Assembly: GCA_964572255.1 (NCBI GenBank) | Contig: CAZNEE010000003.1 | Location: 118,539 to 182,538 of the forward strand | DNA length: 64,000 bases | Direction: 5' to 3' | DNA from: an uncultured Planctomycetia bacterium | Lineage (GTDB): Bacteria; Omnitrophota; Gorgyraeia; Tantalellales; Tantalellaceae | Shown: positions 35,141-47,200 of the stretch, piece by piece | How positions within the stretch are numbered: the stretch's first letter is position 1 | Layout of the letters: each line of letters opens with the position of its first letter | Made by a program: the position numbers and the translations under genes | Notes under the pieces: model-generated | What the model saw: the letters and a program-made list of their open reading frames with translations, nothing else | Databases searched by the model: none | Told to the model about the DNA's origin: nothing

Positions 35141-35250
35141 GGAAGCCAGCAGGTGTGGTAGTGGCTTCCTTTAGCTAGTATTGCATTTCCTGGTGCGGGG
35201 TTTTTCGCCCCGCACCAGTGCTGGAAGCTGGTAGGTGTCTGGCAGCTTCC
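35141..35250. repeat. Three stem-loops in the gene A 3' UTR, two of them paralogous
   Basis: GGAAGCCA/TGGCTTCC (35141-35169), CTGGTGCGGGG/CCCCGCACCAG (35190-35218) and GGAAGCTG/CAGCTTCC (35223-35250). Confidence 0.85.
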
Positions 35251-35261
35251 ATAAAAATCCG

Positions 35262-38200
35262 TTAGAGAGCAATAGCTGTCTTCGTGATCGAATTAACAAA
35301 TCTCATTATGTTGTCCATGATATCGATCGCGCTTATCGGCATTAAATTGAATTTACCTCCGAGCATACTTCTGATCAGATCCATATCCTTACATGCCAGC
35401 GCAAGACCGGCCGGCATTTCATTTACCCTGTCCTTGGTGGCCATCCTTACCATAACGCTCATAATAGGCATTGCCGCTAATAGAGCATCCTTCCCTTTCA
35501 TGTTTTCATCATCGGTATTCGCTATCAGCATATTAAAAAGCTCTGATGCTTTTGTCACCTTATTACTATGGTCACGAATTGCTTCCAAGTCCTCTGTGTT
35601 CTCGGCAACGGCAATCGCTACGTAAGCCGCATCTGAATCGAATCTAAGGTCAGGGCGTACTTTCATCTCTTCAATACGCTCGTTAACTACTTCAACTATG
35701 GTTAAGCCTTCCTCAAACTCGACTATCTCGACTTCAGTGACCGGTATTCCCGTATCGGCAATAATGCCTTCAACCTTGCTTGTCATGCCTTTATCAACCA
35801 CTATAATGGGTCTAATAAGTTCTATTCCATATGCCTGTTTAGCCACATGTCTGATCATGTCTTCGTTAAACAGACGATCGCCCCTGGCATCAAACGCCGG
35901 GACCACGGTCTTCTCGAAAAGCCCTGCTTTATTAAAGAGTTCTGCAAGCGCAATTATCAGCTCTACGGGACTAGTTGCTGTTTCTATCTTACTTCGGAAC
36001 TTATCTATTTCTATTCTTCCGTCTTCAATGGCCTCCATGATCTCAGGTCTGGTCAGTGCCATGGCTATTCCGTCAATAAATTCGCGCGGCAAGCCCGTAT
36101 CGGAAACTATCTGCGGTATAAGTGTTGCAAGACCGGCTGGTGAAATGATCTCAGGCATTTCCATCGGAGCCCTTTCTATTATCTTCTCTATAGCCGGCAG
36201 GTGTCTTTCAAGCTCAGCCTTCTTTGTAGCGAGTATTACCGCTTGTCTATCCTGCATAAGACTTGAAAGTTCATTAAGCTCGTCGATTGATAATGACTGA
36301 ACGGCTTTATCTATAACTATATCAGTTGTTTCATGGAACATGAAACCAGCTTCAGTATATCTGGTTCCCTGTACTAATACCTTAGCCAACATATCAAGAT
36401 CGCCCGACTCGATCTGCCTTCTTATCCCGTTATTTAATATAAGAAGCTTACTGTTCAGGGCCTTCCTTGCACCGTTCCTTAAAGTAACCGCAAGTGAACC
36501 TTTCACATCATCATATTTTGATGTAATAGTATCTGTCGTAAAGAGCGCTTCGTTTATCCCGCCCGCTCTGGGTACTACACCTGTCTTGAGCCCAATAAAC
36601 ATATCAACAAGATCCCTGTCAAATATTTCGGGAACAATGTCTCTTCCGACCTCTTCAAGAAGTTCTCTTTGTGCTTGCCGTAAAGTAATGATTCTTCCCT
36701 TTAAGTTGTCCGGCAATCTCTCAATGAATCTGTCATCGACACTGACAGATTCAGCCCCAATATATCCAAGTCTTGTTATTCCGCGTTTAATATCGTCGCT
36801 TAGTTCTTTACCCTGCTGCACTGCGGTGCCCAAAAACTGCTGCGCAAAGAACGCATGTCCGACCGGCTTTACGCCCACTTTAATTCTTTCAGAAACAAAC
36901 TGTGCGCCCTTTGAGAGAACCGGAAGAACTGCTGCAGTTCCTAATGCGATAAGGGCGACTAACGCAACATTCAATCCGGCAGCCAGTGCTGTTAAGCTTA
37001 ACACGGAAATCGCGCTAAATACCATGAGTCCTCCGACTTGAGCGAATCCTGCTTCAGTCGGCGGAACTTCGGCTACTGCCTCTTCAGCCGGTTCACGTTC
37101 TAATTTTTCTATTGCACTTTCCACTCTTGCCAATTGCTGTCTGATATCACCGGCTTCGGTCATGATGCTCTCCTGTAAATTTCGCAGATCCTGTTCAGTT
37201 TTCTCCGGAAGCGCATTTAATTCTTCCACTAATTCATCTCGATTGCTTTGCATTTTTTCAATCTTTGGCTTTTCAGTTTCTAAAGAAGTTTTTAATGCTC
37301 CCAGCCTATCAATCTGGTCTTGTGGTACTGCCATGTTATTTCTGGCGTAGTGCTCCATTGCACCCTGCAGCTGATTAAATTCTGCTACATTAGCGTTATA
37401 AGATCTTGTCGCAAAATCAAGTGTAACTTGAATGTTTTGTATTTGTGTCCTTAGTGCTGCTTCGGCTTCTTTGGCCTTATTCATTAATGCGTTCTGCTGA
37501 TCTTTAAATTTATTTTCCAATCTTTGGATCTCATTCTGCAGTTCTTGACGTTTAGCTTCTAGCGATTCAATGTCGCCTTCAGGAGCCTTCCGTTTGGCGA
37601 TGGATATTTCAACAAGTTTATTTAAAGCAAAATTTCTTACATTTTCAGACTTCTTGGTATCTTCGTACACTTCTGTAAAGAAATCTTCATTCTCGCTTAA
37701 ATAATTCACGCCCAGCTCTGTTGCTTTTATGGCTTCCATAGCCTTTGCATGCATTGCTCCGGATAATTTTCTGTCTGAAAGCAGGCTTACAATAGCCTCT
37801 TCATTCCCGAGCTCGGCAAGTTCGATCTTCAACCCTCTGGCCTTTGTTGCCTGCACTGACGGGATATTAAATGCAGCAGAGAACCAATCAGCAACGGATG
37901 ATGTAGTCAGACTCTTACCGGCTTTCTTACTTAAAATACCGCTCATCAGCGCAGCGCCGGCCGGAACTATTATTGTCCACGGTGATACGGCAAAAACCGT
38001 AAGGCCGGCGAGGGAAAGCAATCCTTTACCGGCGATCATCGCGCCGATGCTCAGCGCCATTTTCGGTGTCATTTGTGCAATATAACCGAAAAGACGGCTA
38101 ATTGTCTTAAGTCCCCTTATTTGAGCCAGGCTCTGGGAGAACCTTTCAACTCTACCGGTCCTGGCATAAATATCACTTAAGGCAAGTTTGGCTTCCTGAA

Positions 38201-41200
38201 TAAGATCGTCCCTGTCAAGGCCCTCTAACGCAATGTTATAATCGCGCTCGGCATGCCATAACTGGCCTTTATCTTTATGCGCCATAGCTTTGGCAAGTGA
38301 ACCTAAGGCTGTTGCTGGGCTTATGGCTCTTCCTACAATATCGCCTGTCATAACGTCGTCGAAATCTTCCACAAATTCCTTCAGCTTATCCCGTCCGGCT
38401 GCTATTTCGGCTAATCTGTCAAGCGCTTCGGCTCTCGCCTTTGATGCCGCATTCTTATTAAGAAGCACGTCTGTGTATCTATCTACGCCCGCAACGCCTT
38501 CAAGATAAGAAGGCACGCTGTTCTGTAATCTCATTGTCAGGTTGATGATCTTTTCTCTATTCTCGCGGCTTATGTCTCTGCCAATAGAGGATATTCCTCT
38601 CTTTATAGCGCCGGGTGAGCCAATTAAAAGATCAAATAACGCAGCCAGGAAACCGTCTCTTACCGGCCTTACCGTATAATCAGTTACAAGTTCTTCCTCG
38701 GTTAATTTGTCAAGGAATGAGCTTGCGTTATATCTGTTCCCGTCCTCATCTACCGCAGTACCAATATGGACATTTCCGCTCTTCACATCCAGATTGATAC
38801 CAGCTTTCCCGGCTATATAATTTACAAATTCATCTCTTCCGCTTAATACAAGAGATTCCCCGGCGGTAGCGCTTCTTAATATTTTTACTCCGCTATCTGA
38901 AGCCCCAAAATCTCTTGTAGAAGCGAAAACAAAATCGCTGCCTTCGATACTTAAAACGCCGTGCTCTCTGCCTGCAATGCCGGAAATGGCTTTATCTATA
39001 CCTGTATTACCAGTTTCGCCGAGAAAGCTCAGTATTCCTATATCCTCATCGTTCAGAAGCATTATCGTGGGTTTAGTGATGTCAGCCGCGCCGCTGAATA
39101 TAACTATCGCTACTTTATTCTCAAGAGCGGCCGTTTGCGCAATTTCTTCAAGTGAAGTATCTTCTCCCTTAAGTAACTCATTTAAGGATATTATACGGTT
39201 ACTTAATACACTATTGTCATCGTCCGGCGCGCCAAAGAAAATAAGTTTCTTTTGTTCTTTAGCAGCCGCAATATCGCCTTTTGCCATCGCAATATTAAGT
39301 ACATCCGTGATCTGGCTGGTTTGGTTAATGCCGCTTGCCATATAGCCGTTTTCAGTAGTCGGCATTGTAACGCCTTCAACTCTCTGTTCCGATCTGGCAG
39401 CGTCAACTCTACTGCTGAGAAGCTCTTCCGCCACAGAAGCATCCATAACCTGCCTTGCCTGTCCGGCAATTGTTTGTGAAACGCGTACCATCTTAGCTCC
39501 GAAGAGTCTCTCACGAAGTGCCGCCAGACCTGTAGCTTTTTCCGGCGCCCTTAGATCTGTCTGACTGCTTACAACAGTTATAGCTGCCGGAACGATACCG
39601 AGTGCCTCGTTCAAAGAGCTGATCTCCTGCATAGCAGTATTTATCTCCTGTGAGTAATAATTCTCTCTTACAAAGTCAAGAGTCTTAAGTTCATTAAGGG
39701 CCATTGCCATGCTGTTCAATAGTTCGACCTTTTGTAGTTGAAGTTCCCGTACTTGTTCTTCAGCTCCGGCTTCCTGAGCGGTCATGATGTCAGCATCAAT
39801 CCTGGCGATATTTTCTCTTAATTCTCTTATGTTGGCGCTGTGGAATTCTATGCCTGAATTACGCCTTGCGGCTTCCTCTCTCTTTGAGTCAAGCATGTCT
39901 TTCACGGTTTCACTTGTAACTTCAACATTGGATAATTTATCCTTCGCGATATTGGCTTGCTGTCTTGCCGCGCTAGCCTGTTTACTCCATGCTACTGCAT
40001 CTCCTCTATTTGTCGCAAGCGTGGCTTCATGGAAGAACTCTTTTCTTATATCATTTATCTGATGATCCATACTTTCCCTTGCCATTATGGAAGTTATTAC
40101 TCCGGCAAGATTTGATCTGAATTCGTCGCTATTGATCTCGACCACCGTACCGTCTTCCATTAGCCTCAATCTGTCTATAAAATCTGCTTCGAACGGAGTG
40201 CCTATCTCATTTTCAAGCATTCTTGCCGCTTCTTCATTGGTCATACTTGTTTCAGATATATTCGCGGCAAGTTCCACGACATTTGCAGGCGCTTCTATGC
40301 TGTTTATAAGCTCGATGATCTCCTTGGATTTCGCGTACTGCACGTCTCTTATTTCATTTAATAGATCAAACTTAAGGTCGCCGCTTCTTCCGTTAGCAGT
40401 GATCTGTTGAATAAATTCATCCTCTTTCATCTGCTGGACAAGATCAAGTACTTCATCAAATTCATATGACTCTTCAATTCCTTTTTCTACCATATTATTG
40501 AACGCTCTGAGCCCGCCGGTAAGTTTAGCGGCTATTCTTCCATGGGTAAGATTCCAGATAATTCCCTTGGATTTGGCTCTTTCAATAGCGCTATCCCACA
40601 TATTCTTTATCGAGAAAGGACTATTGGCGTCAAGCGTTACATATATCTCCGTATCACCTTTTTTACCTTCCCTGCCGGTACGGCCCCTCAACTGCTGCTC
40701 GACCCTCTGGGAAGTATTAAGGCCGAGAGCTATGACCTGCATACCGTGTCTTGCGCCAAGAGTGTGTATGGCATAATCCGTACCGCGTCCGGATATTGCC
40801 GTAGCGACAGTTACCATGCCGGCCTGGCTTGCACGCGCTTCTATCTCTTCCTTATTATTCTGCTGCTTGGCGCTATAAAGCTGCATTTTCTTGGAAAGAT
40901 CAAATGTGCCTTCATATTCCACTCCGTAAACATCTTTCCATCTTTCCAGAATTGCATTTTCGATGCGGCTTCTGGCTTCTTCATTCTTGAAGAGTTCCTG
41001 TTCAATGAATTCTGACAGCTGCACGCTATCAACCGCGAGAAGCATCTGCCTGTTATGAACAATAGCATCAACGATTTTGTTCTCCACCTTATTAAGCATT
41101 GCCTCCTGATCAGAGAACATCAATTTAGGCATATCGATCCTCTTGCGCGCGGCATGTGCGGGCACTATCTGTGTGCTGAATTTATAAAGATCTCTCAAAG

Positions 41201-44200
41201 CTTTTGCTTCCACTCCTCTACCGGTTGTACCTGTCATGCCGACAACATCATGGAATACCCTGCCGAAAAGGTTTTTAGTGTTTATTTCTGAAGATGACTT
41301 GCCTTCCGCTTTAACTATCACTTTTTTGCCTGCCGCCAATTCTTTAGCTTCAATAAGCTGCTGTATACTCGCTTTATCGGTACCGTGCAAACGTTGTCCT
41401 GTTGACTGGACACCTATCATCTTCTGTATAAGAACGGCGTCACCTCCGATAACCGTATAATCAACGCCTTCTCTGTACGCACGCGTGGCTGTAATAGCAT
41501 CCTGCATAAGCCTGACATAACTCTCCCCGCGGTGCATCCTTTCAACTATTGCTTCTTCATTATCCGCATTGTTAGTAATGAACTCTATTTCTTCCATTAT
41601 ATCTTTTCTGATAGAGCTGACCGCGTTATTTATATCGGCTTCAGTATATGGGGTATTTGATCTATTTAGCTGTTCCATCAACATGCTGCGGAAAAATCCC
41701 TTACCAAGCTGTTTCTGCATGAGCCTTAAGGCATCAAGGCGTTTCTCCCCGTAAATAGTAGCACTATTGTGGGCAACATCAACAGCGGCTATAATATCAC
41801 CCATTTTTCTTGTACCTGTTGGAGGCTTGGGTTTCTGGGCTTCTTCAACAAGTTCTGACACATCATAATCCGCTTCCACACTCGCAAGATGGGCCGCTAT
41901 GATCCTTGCCGATGATTCAACATCCATTTGGTCCCTTCCTTCAACCTGTATGAATGAGGTAAGCGCCTGATCTATCAGGATGCTATCGATCTCGTCAACT
42001 ACCAAAGACATGTTCTGCAGATCTGAAAGATCCTTACGTATCATGCGCTTATCACTCTCTATCTCTGACGTGTTAAAGTCCCTGTCGACATCAAACGCGA
42101 GTGTATCTATGGCAACAAATACAACATCCTTATCATACTCGTTACTCTTCTCGTCCTGGGATAGTTCTCTGGATATTCTACCGACACTTAAACCGGCTCT
42201 TTCGAGCACATTCTTAGTAGCCCTGTAGTTCCTCTCGGAAAGTATATCCTGCGTATCAACATAAATGGTACCTTTGCCGTCAAGAGCTTTGATGTAACAA
42301 TCCATAAGTCCAACGATAGATTTACCTTCGCCGGTCAACAGTTCCGCTATTGTCCTGGCGCCTTTCCTTGTCATCGCCGAAACTGTGGCTACCTGTTCTT
42401 TGTAAGGAATGAACACGCCTGTAGCCAGGGTAAGAAGCAGTGATGAAAGCGCGATCCTGTGCGCCCTATCAAAACCGGCAGTATCAAGTTTGTTATATTC
42501 CGCTAATTTGCCCTCAAGCTCTCTCTGGTAATATTCGATATCCGCAAGAGTTTTTGCTTCCTGCACTCTCTTCTTAAGCTCTTCTATCTGCCTTTCAAGT
42601 TTAATGACCTCCTGATGCTTGCTTGTCATCTCGTTAAGCATGCCGAAAAGCTGTTCTTTTCCTAATGATGTCGCGGCAAGGTCCACAACAGTGAGTCTTA
42701 CAAAACCATCTTTATCTTGCTTGGGTCTTCCGTACTCATACCGCCAGATCTCATTCATATCGCTTAAAAGGTCTATTGTATATCCTTCATCCAGCCTTCT
42801 TGCTATCTCAAAAGTATCGACAACATTCCTTGCCATGCCGGAAGCGCCTTTTGCTATCGTAACTACCATCTGTTTTAACAGTAATGAAGTTTTTCCTTCT
42901 TCGAGTTTCTTCATCTGTGCTTCCACTGTTTCACGGGCAGTGATTACAGAAGACCTCATGGTGGAAGCCAGAATGTTCAACGCGCCGGCAACAGTGCCTT
43001 CGGAAGTCATGGCCTCTCTTATATGGCCGGCAGCATCTTTTTCAAGCATGGTGATCAGATCATAATATTTGCCGGCAAACTCCGTCCGAAGCTCCGGCGC
43101 CAAGTCAAGTGTCGCCTTTTGTATCATATTCACAGCTTTAGCAAGACCATGTTCGCTTGTTATTACTTCAAGGAAAATATCGATCGTCCCGAATACATTC
43201 ACTATTGCTTCTCTGTTCTTCTCTATATGTGAAAGGATGTTTATGTAAAGTTCTTCTTTTCTCATTTCATTGATCGTGCTTTCGATTCTTTCGGTGGTTA
43301 TTTCGCCTCTTGCTATAGCGATCGCTAGATTCTTAGCAGCCATTGAAGAGGTCTGAGCATCATCTGACCTTAGGTCATTTAAGACGCTCGGATCTATGCC
43401 TAACTGAGTTGCCAGACTGTCGAGCACAGCTTCATAAGCAATGCCTGTGCCGGGGACGATAGTCTCGCTAAGCTTTATAATGGCGGTCTTAAGCATATCT
43501 ACCTGTCCCTTTATAGTGGCAGGCGCTGCCTCAGTGGAAACTCCCGCCGCAATGGCAAAAACTACAAGATCCTGCGATGCTTGATCAAGTTTGTTCTCGG
43601 CAATTAATCCATTTATCCTTTCTATCAAAGCGTTTTGGAAACTATCCGTCCCTATATCCTCTCTCGTACTTTCAATTAGAATATCACTTATCTCGCGGCT
43701 AAAGACACCTTGCATGAAAGTCTCCGCCACTCCGGCTCTTAATTGAAATTCTTCTACAGCCTTATCTCTTGCGCCGTCAATATTGTTCTCAAGTTTGTTT
43801 ATGTATTCACGTACAACAGGCGAATTGACCAGCCCTTCATATCTGGCAACATATTGTTTGATCTCCTCAAGATAATCACTGAACAACGCTTCTTTCTGAC
43901 TTTCTCTATATCTAGCGAAAAGATCTATAAAGTTTTCCTTATTCTGCAGGTTGTTAAGCGCTTCCTGTTTTTGAATAGCTGTAAGTTTTTCGTTTGTTAA
44001 TATCTTATTCATATTTGAAGCTATTCTTCTTGCCTTAGCGCCTGCGGTTTCTATTCCCACCCATCCAAGCACATGAGTGAAGATATTCCTGCTGATGAGC
44101 CCTTTTCTGTCGAGATTTTTGATATTTTCCAGCATCTGCTCGTGGATCTGCCCTAACTCCTCAATATCTTCAAGCTTGCTCGCCTGATTCTGGTAATCCA

Positions 44201-47200
44201 TAAGGTTCTCATATGCCGTCCACATTGCGTCCATGTTTCTCATTTTTCTGTCTATCTGCCTTAAACCTCGGCTGGTCGGAGCGTTCTTATCTGAGAACGG
44301 AGTGAATGCGGATTCTACTTCTGCCACTTCAATACCTAAGGCCGCTTTCAGGCGTCCCCGGAAAACACCAAAATTCCTGTCAACACTGTCAATGAGGTTC
44401 TCTCGCCTTCCACCTGCACCTTCAGATATGGCGCTATATATATCAGCCCTTGAAGACGTTGCCCAATGTTTAATAAAACTCCAAGCGCGTGCAAATCCTT
44501 TTTTGCCCTCACTCAGTTTAGCCGCTACTCTCACTGATACAGTGCCAGGTATGCGAGCGGTTAACCTTGATCCGAACTCATGTCCGCGAACAACTATATT
44601 GTCACCGTTCAAAAGCTCGGTTATTCCTTTGAGATACTTCACGGTAGTAGGACTCAATCCGTCCATCTTGCCCATAGCGCCTCTAAAAAGAACATCTCCG
44701 AACTTGCCGATCTCTGTACTGCGCCTTTGAGCGACATCCACCATTGCGTCATATTCTCGTTGTGTAAGCTGGAGCGCTCCGGTTCTTTCCGCATTCGCAA
44801 GACCCAACGTTTCTAATACCTCCTGGGTTCTGGCCATCTCTTCGCCTTCAAAGCTCTTAGCGTCAGACATCCTGTCACGTAAAGCTTCTGCCAATCTCTG
44901 ATCGAGAGGCACTTTAGCCAGCATCGCAGCACTTAATGCATCATCAACTGTGGCTTGCTTTACAAACTGACCGGTGATAGCGTCATGGAATCTGCCCGTA
45001 GCATCGTTATATCTATATCCGGTAAGCTCGGCTATACGTAGTTTATTGGAAAGCCTTACAACTTCGGCTGCACTTATGAAATCCCCTTTCTTCCTTGTGC
45101 CTTTCGCAAGTGCTTCGTGGTCATGCCATCTCTGTGTAGCTTCATTGAACCTTATGCCCTTACTGTCAAGTAATGCTATATTATCTTCTGTAAGCTGACT
45201 TATTCCTTCTATTTCAACAAACTCTACTGGCGCTATCTCAAGCTCCATTGTTTCGGCTCTTTCTTCGAGCTCTTTTGCTCTCCCTTCAAGAACTTTTATC
45301 TCATTCTCAAGGTCCCTTCTTTCGGCAAGCTGTGCCTCTGTTGCTCTTTCTCCCAGTTCTCTTATCCTTGCTTCAAGGGCTCTTAGATCTTTTACTTTCG
45401 CCACAGCTGTTCTTCTTGCTAGCCTCGCCTCATTTATAATATTATCAACTTCTGTTCTTATCTCCCTTGCTTGAACCGCATCAGAAACAGCCCCGATATC
45501 TTCTGTCCTGAACTCTATGCCCAGTAATTTCGCCGCGGCGCTAAGCTGACCGGCAGTGATCTGCCCGGAAATGATACTCTTGGTAAGTGTGGTAAGTATG
45601 TAATCATAACTGGCGCCTGCGGCTATACCGGTTGTCCTGTGAACTATAGCCTGCCAAAGTTCACGCGTATTATGTGCACCCACCTTATTAGTTGCGCTCT
45701 TGTAATTATTCAGTCCCTCCGTTTCTATCAAAGCTTCCATAACACGCGTATTTTCTGAAGCCATAAGAACTACAAGACCCTTCACTACTTCCATAAAACT
45801 GTCGATACTGTCAGCAGTCATGCCTGGATTAAGCGCTCTAAATACATTACTGAAGTGCGTAAATTCTTCTTTTGTATCCATCCTGCGTATAGCCAATCTC
45901 ACGCCTGCTGTCGCTTCTCTTCCTCCGATATCTCTTAAGAGATGATCGAACTGCGCCTGTGTAGTACATCCCGCAACCGCCGCGAAATTAATGACCCGGC
46001 CGGCATCTTTACCTCCTACAAGACCTTCTTCTCCTCTTGGTGTCATCAGGCATTCTACTATGTGATCAGCGACAAGACTGTCCTGCATGGCGACATTCAC
46101 AACTTCCGCGCTTACGCCCTTTGCGCTTAACGCCTCGTACATGGTCTCTATGCTTCCGGATTTAAAGATCGCGGCGTCAACGACAGTATCGACCTGGGCC
46201 GAAAATTCACTCATATTTATAACGCCCGCATGCGAAACGAAAAGATCCGCCAATGCGCCGATAGTTGCAACCCCGGCGGCACCCTGTTTGGAAAGTTTCT
46301 CAGTCCTATTTACAAGTGAATTGATCTGACCCGTGGCTATTCCAAACTTCTGGCCGATCTCTCTTATCTTTGCGGTATTCTGCCCGTCTGCTTTGAGCTG
46401 GCTTCCAATGATCATATTCTCCATCGCTCTCATGGAGGTGCAATCAAGCTCGGAGGACTGTTCCGCTACAGCTCTTCTAAAATGAGTCTTTCCTTCGGTT
46501 GTCATCGCATCAAAAGCACCGATAACTTCCGTGTTAATACCTAATTTTTCAAGGAATTGGTTGCCCTTGACACTGCCGATAAGTTCCGCTACACACGTGG
46601 CAACAAATACCCTTGAATCCATCAGGTTGGATTTGACATCAATGCCGCTGGTCAATATAGAAGCGTTAAGCATCATATTGTTCGTCATTCTGCTTATATT
46701 ATTGGAAGTTATGGCTCCGGTAGATATGCCGCTGGTTATCGAACTTGCTATTGAGGATCCCCATCCATTACTGATAAGGAAGGTATTGGCATCCGCTATG
46801 CTCATTTTGCCTGTTGCAATGCCCGTCGTTGCAAGATCGAGCGCGGCTATAGCCTCTATCCCGGAGAAATCGATCTGTCCGCTCTCTGTCATGCTTATCT
46901 CGGCAAAACGGTTATTATTAAGAAGATCCGCCATTCTGGTGCCGACATTATCTCCGCGTTTAGCGGCTTCCTGAGCGGCAGTACTTGTCTGGTTGAAGAG
47001 CTTGGTCAGCACTTTCATATTGTCGGTAGCTTTTGCTGAGGCTACGCTATTAAGTAAACTGCCGAGTTTATTCTGCTGGCCCTGGGTTAATTTTCGCACA
47101 CCATCTGTACTGGCCAAGTTGACAAGGAAAATAAGCTGCTGCGCATCTCCTTCGGATACACCGAAGTCTCTGGATACCTGCGCGGCGCTTGAACCGCTTA

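Noticed and set aside
35102-35250. Hairpin repeats as a CRISPR array or tRNA
   Set aside because: There are only two imperfect copies, no regular spacers, no cas genes in the window and no cloverleaf or T-loop consensus.
40000-42430. Housekeeping secA gene
   Set aside because: It has no separate start or stop, is in frame within gene A and is divergent, so no gene symbol was assigned.
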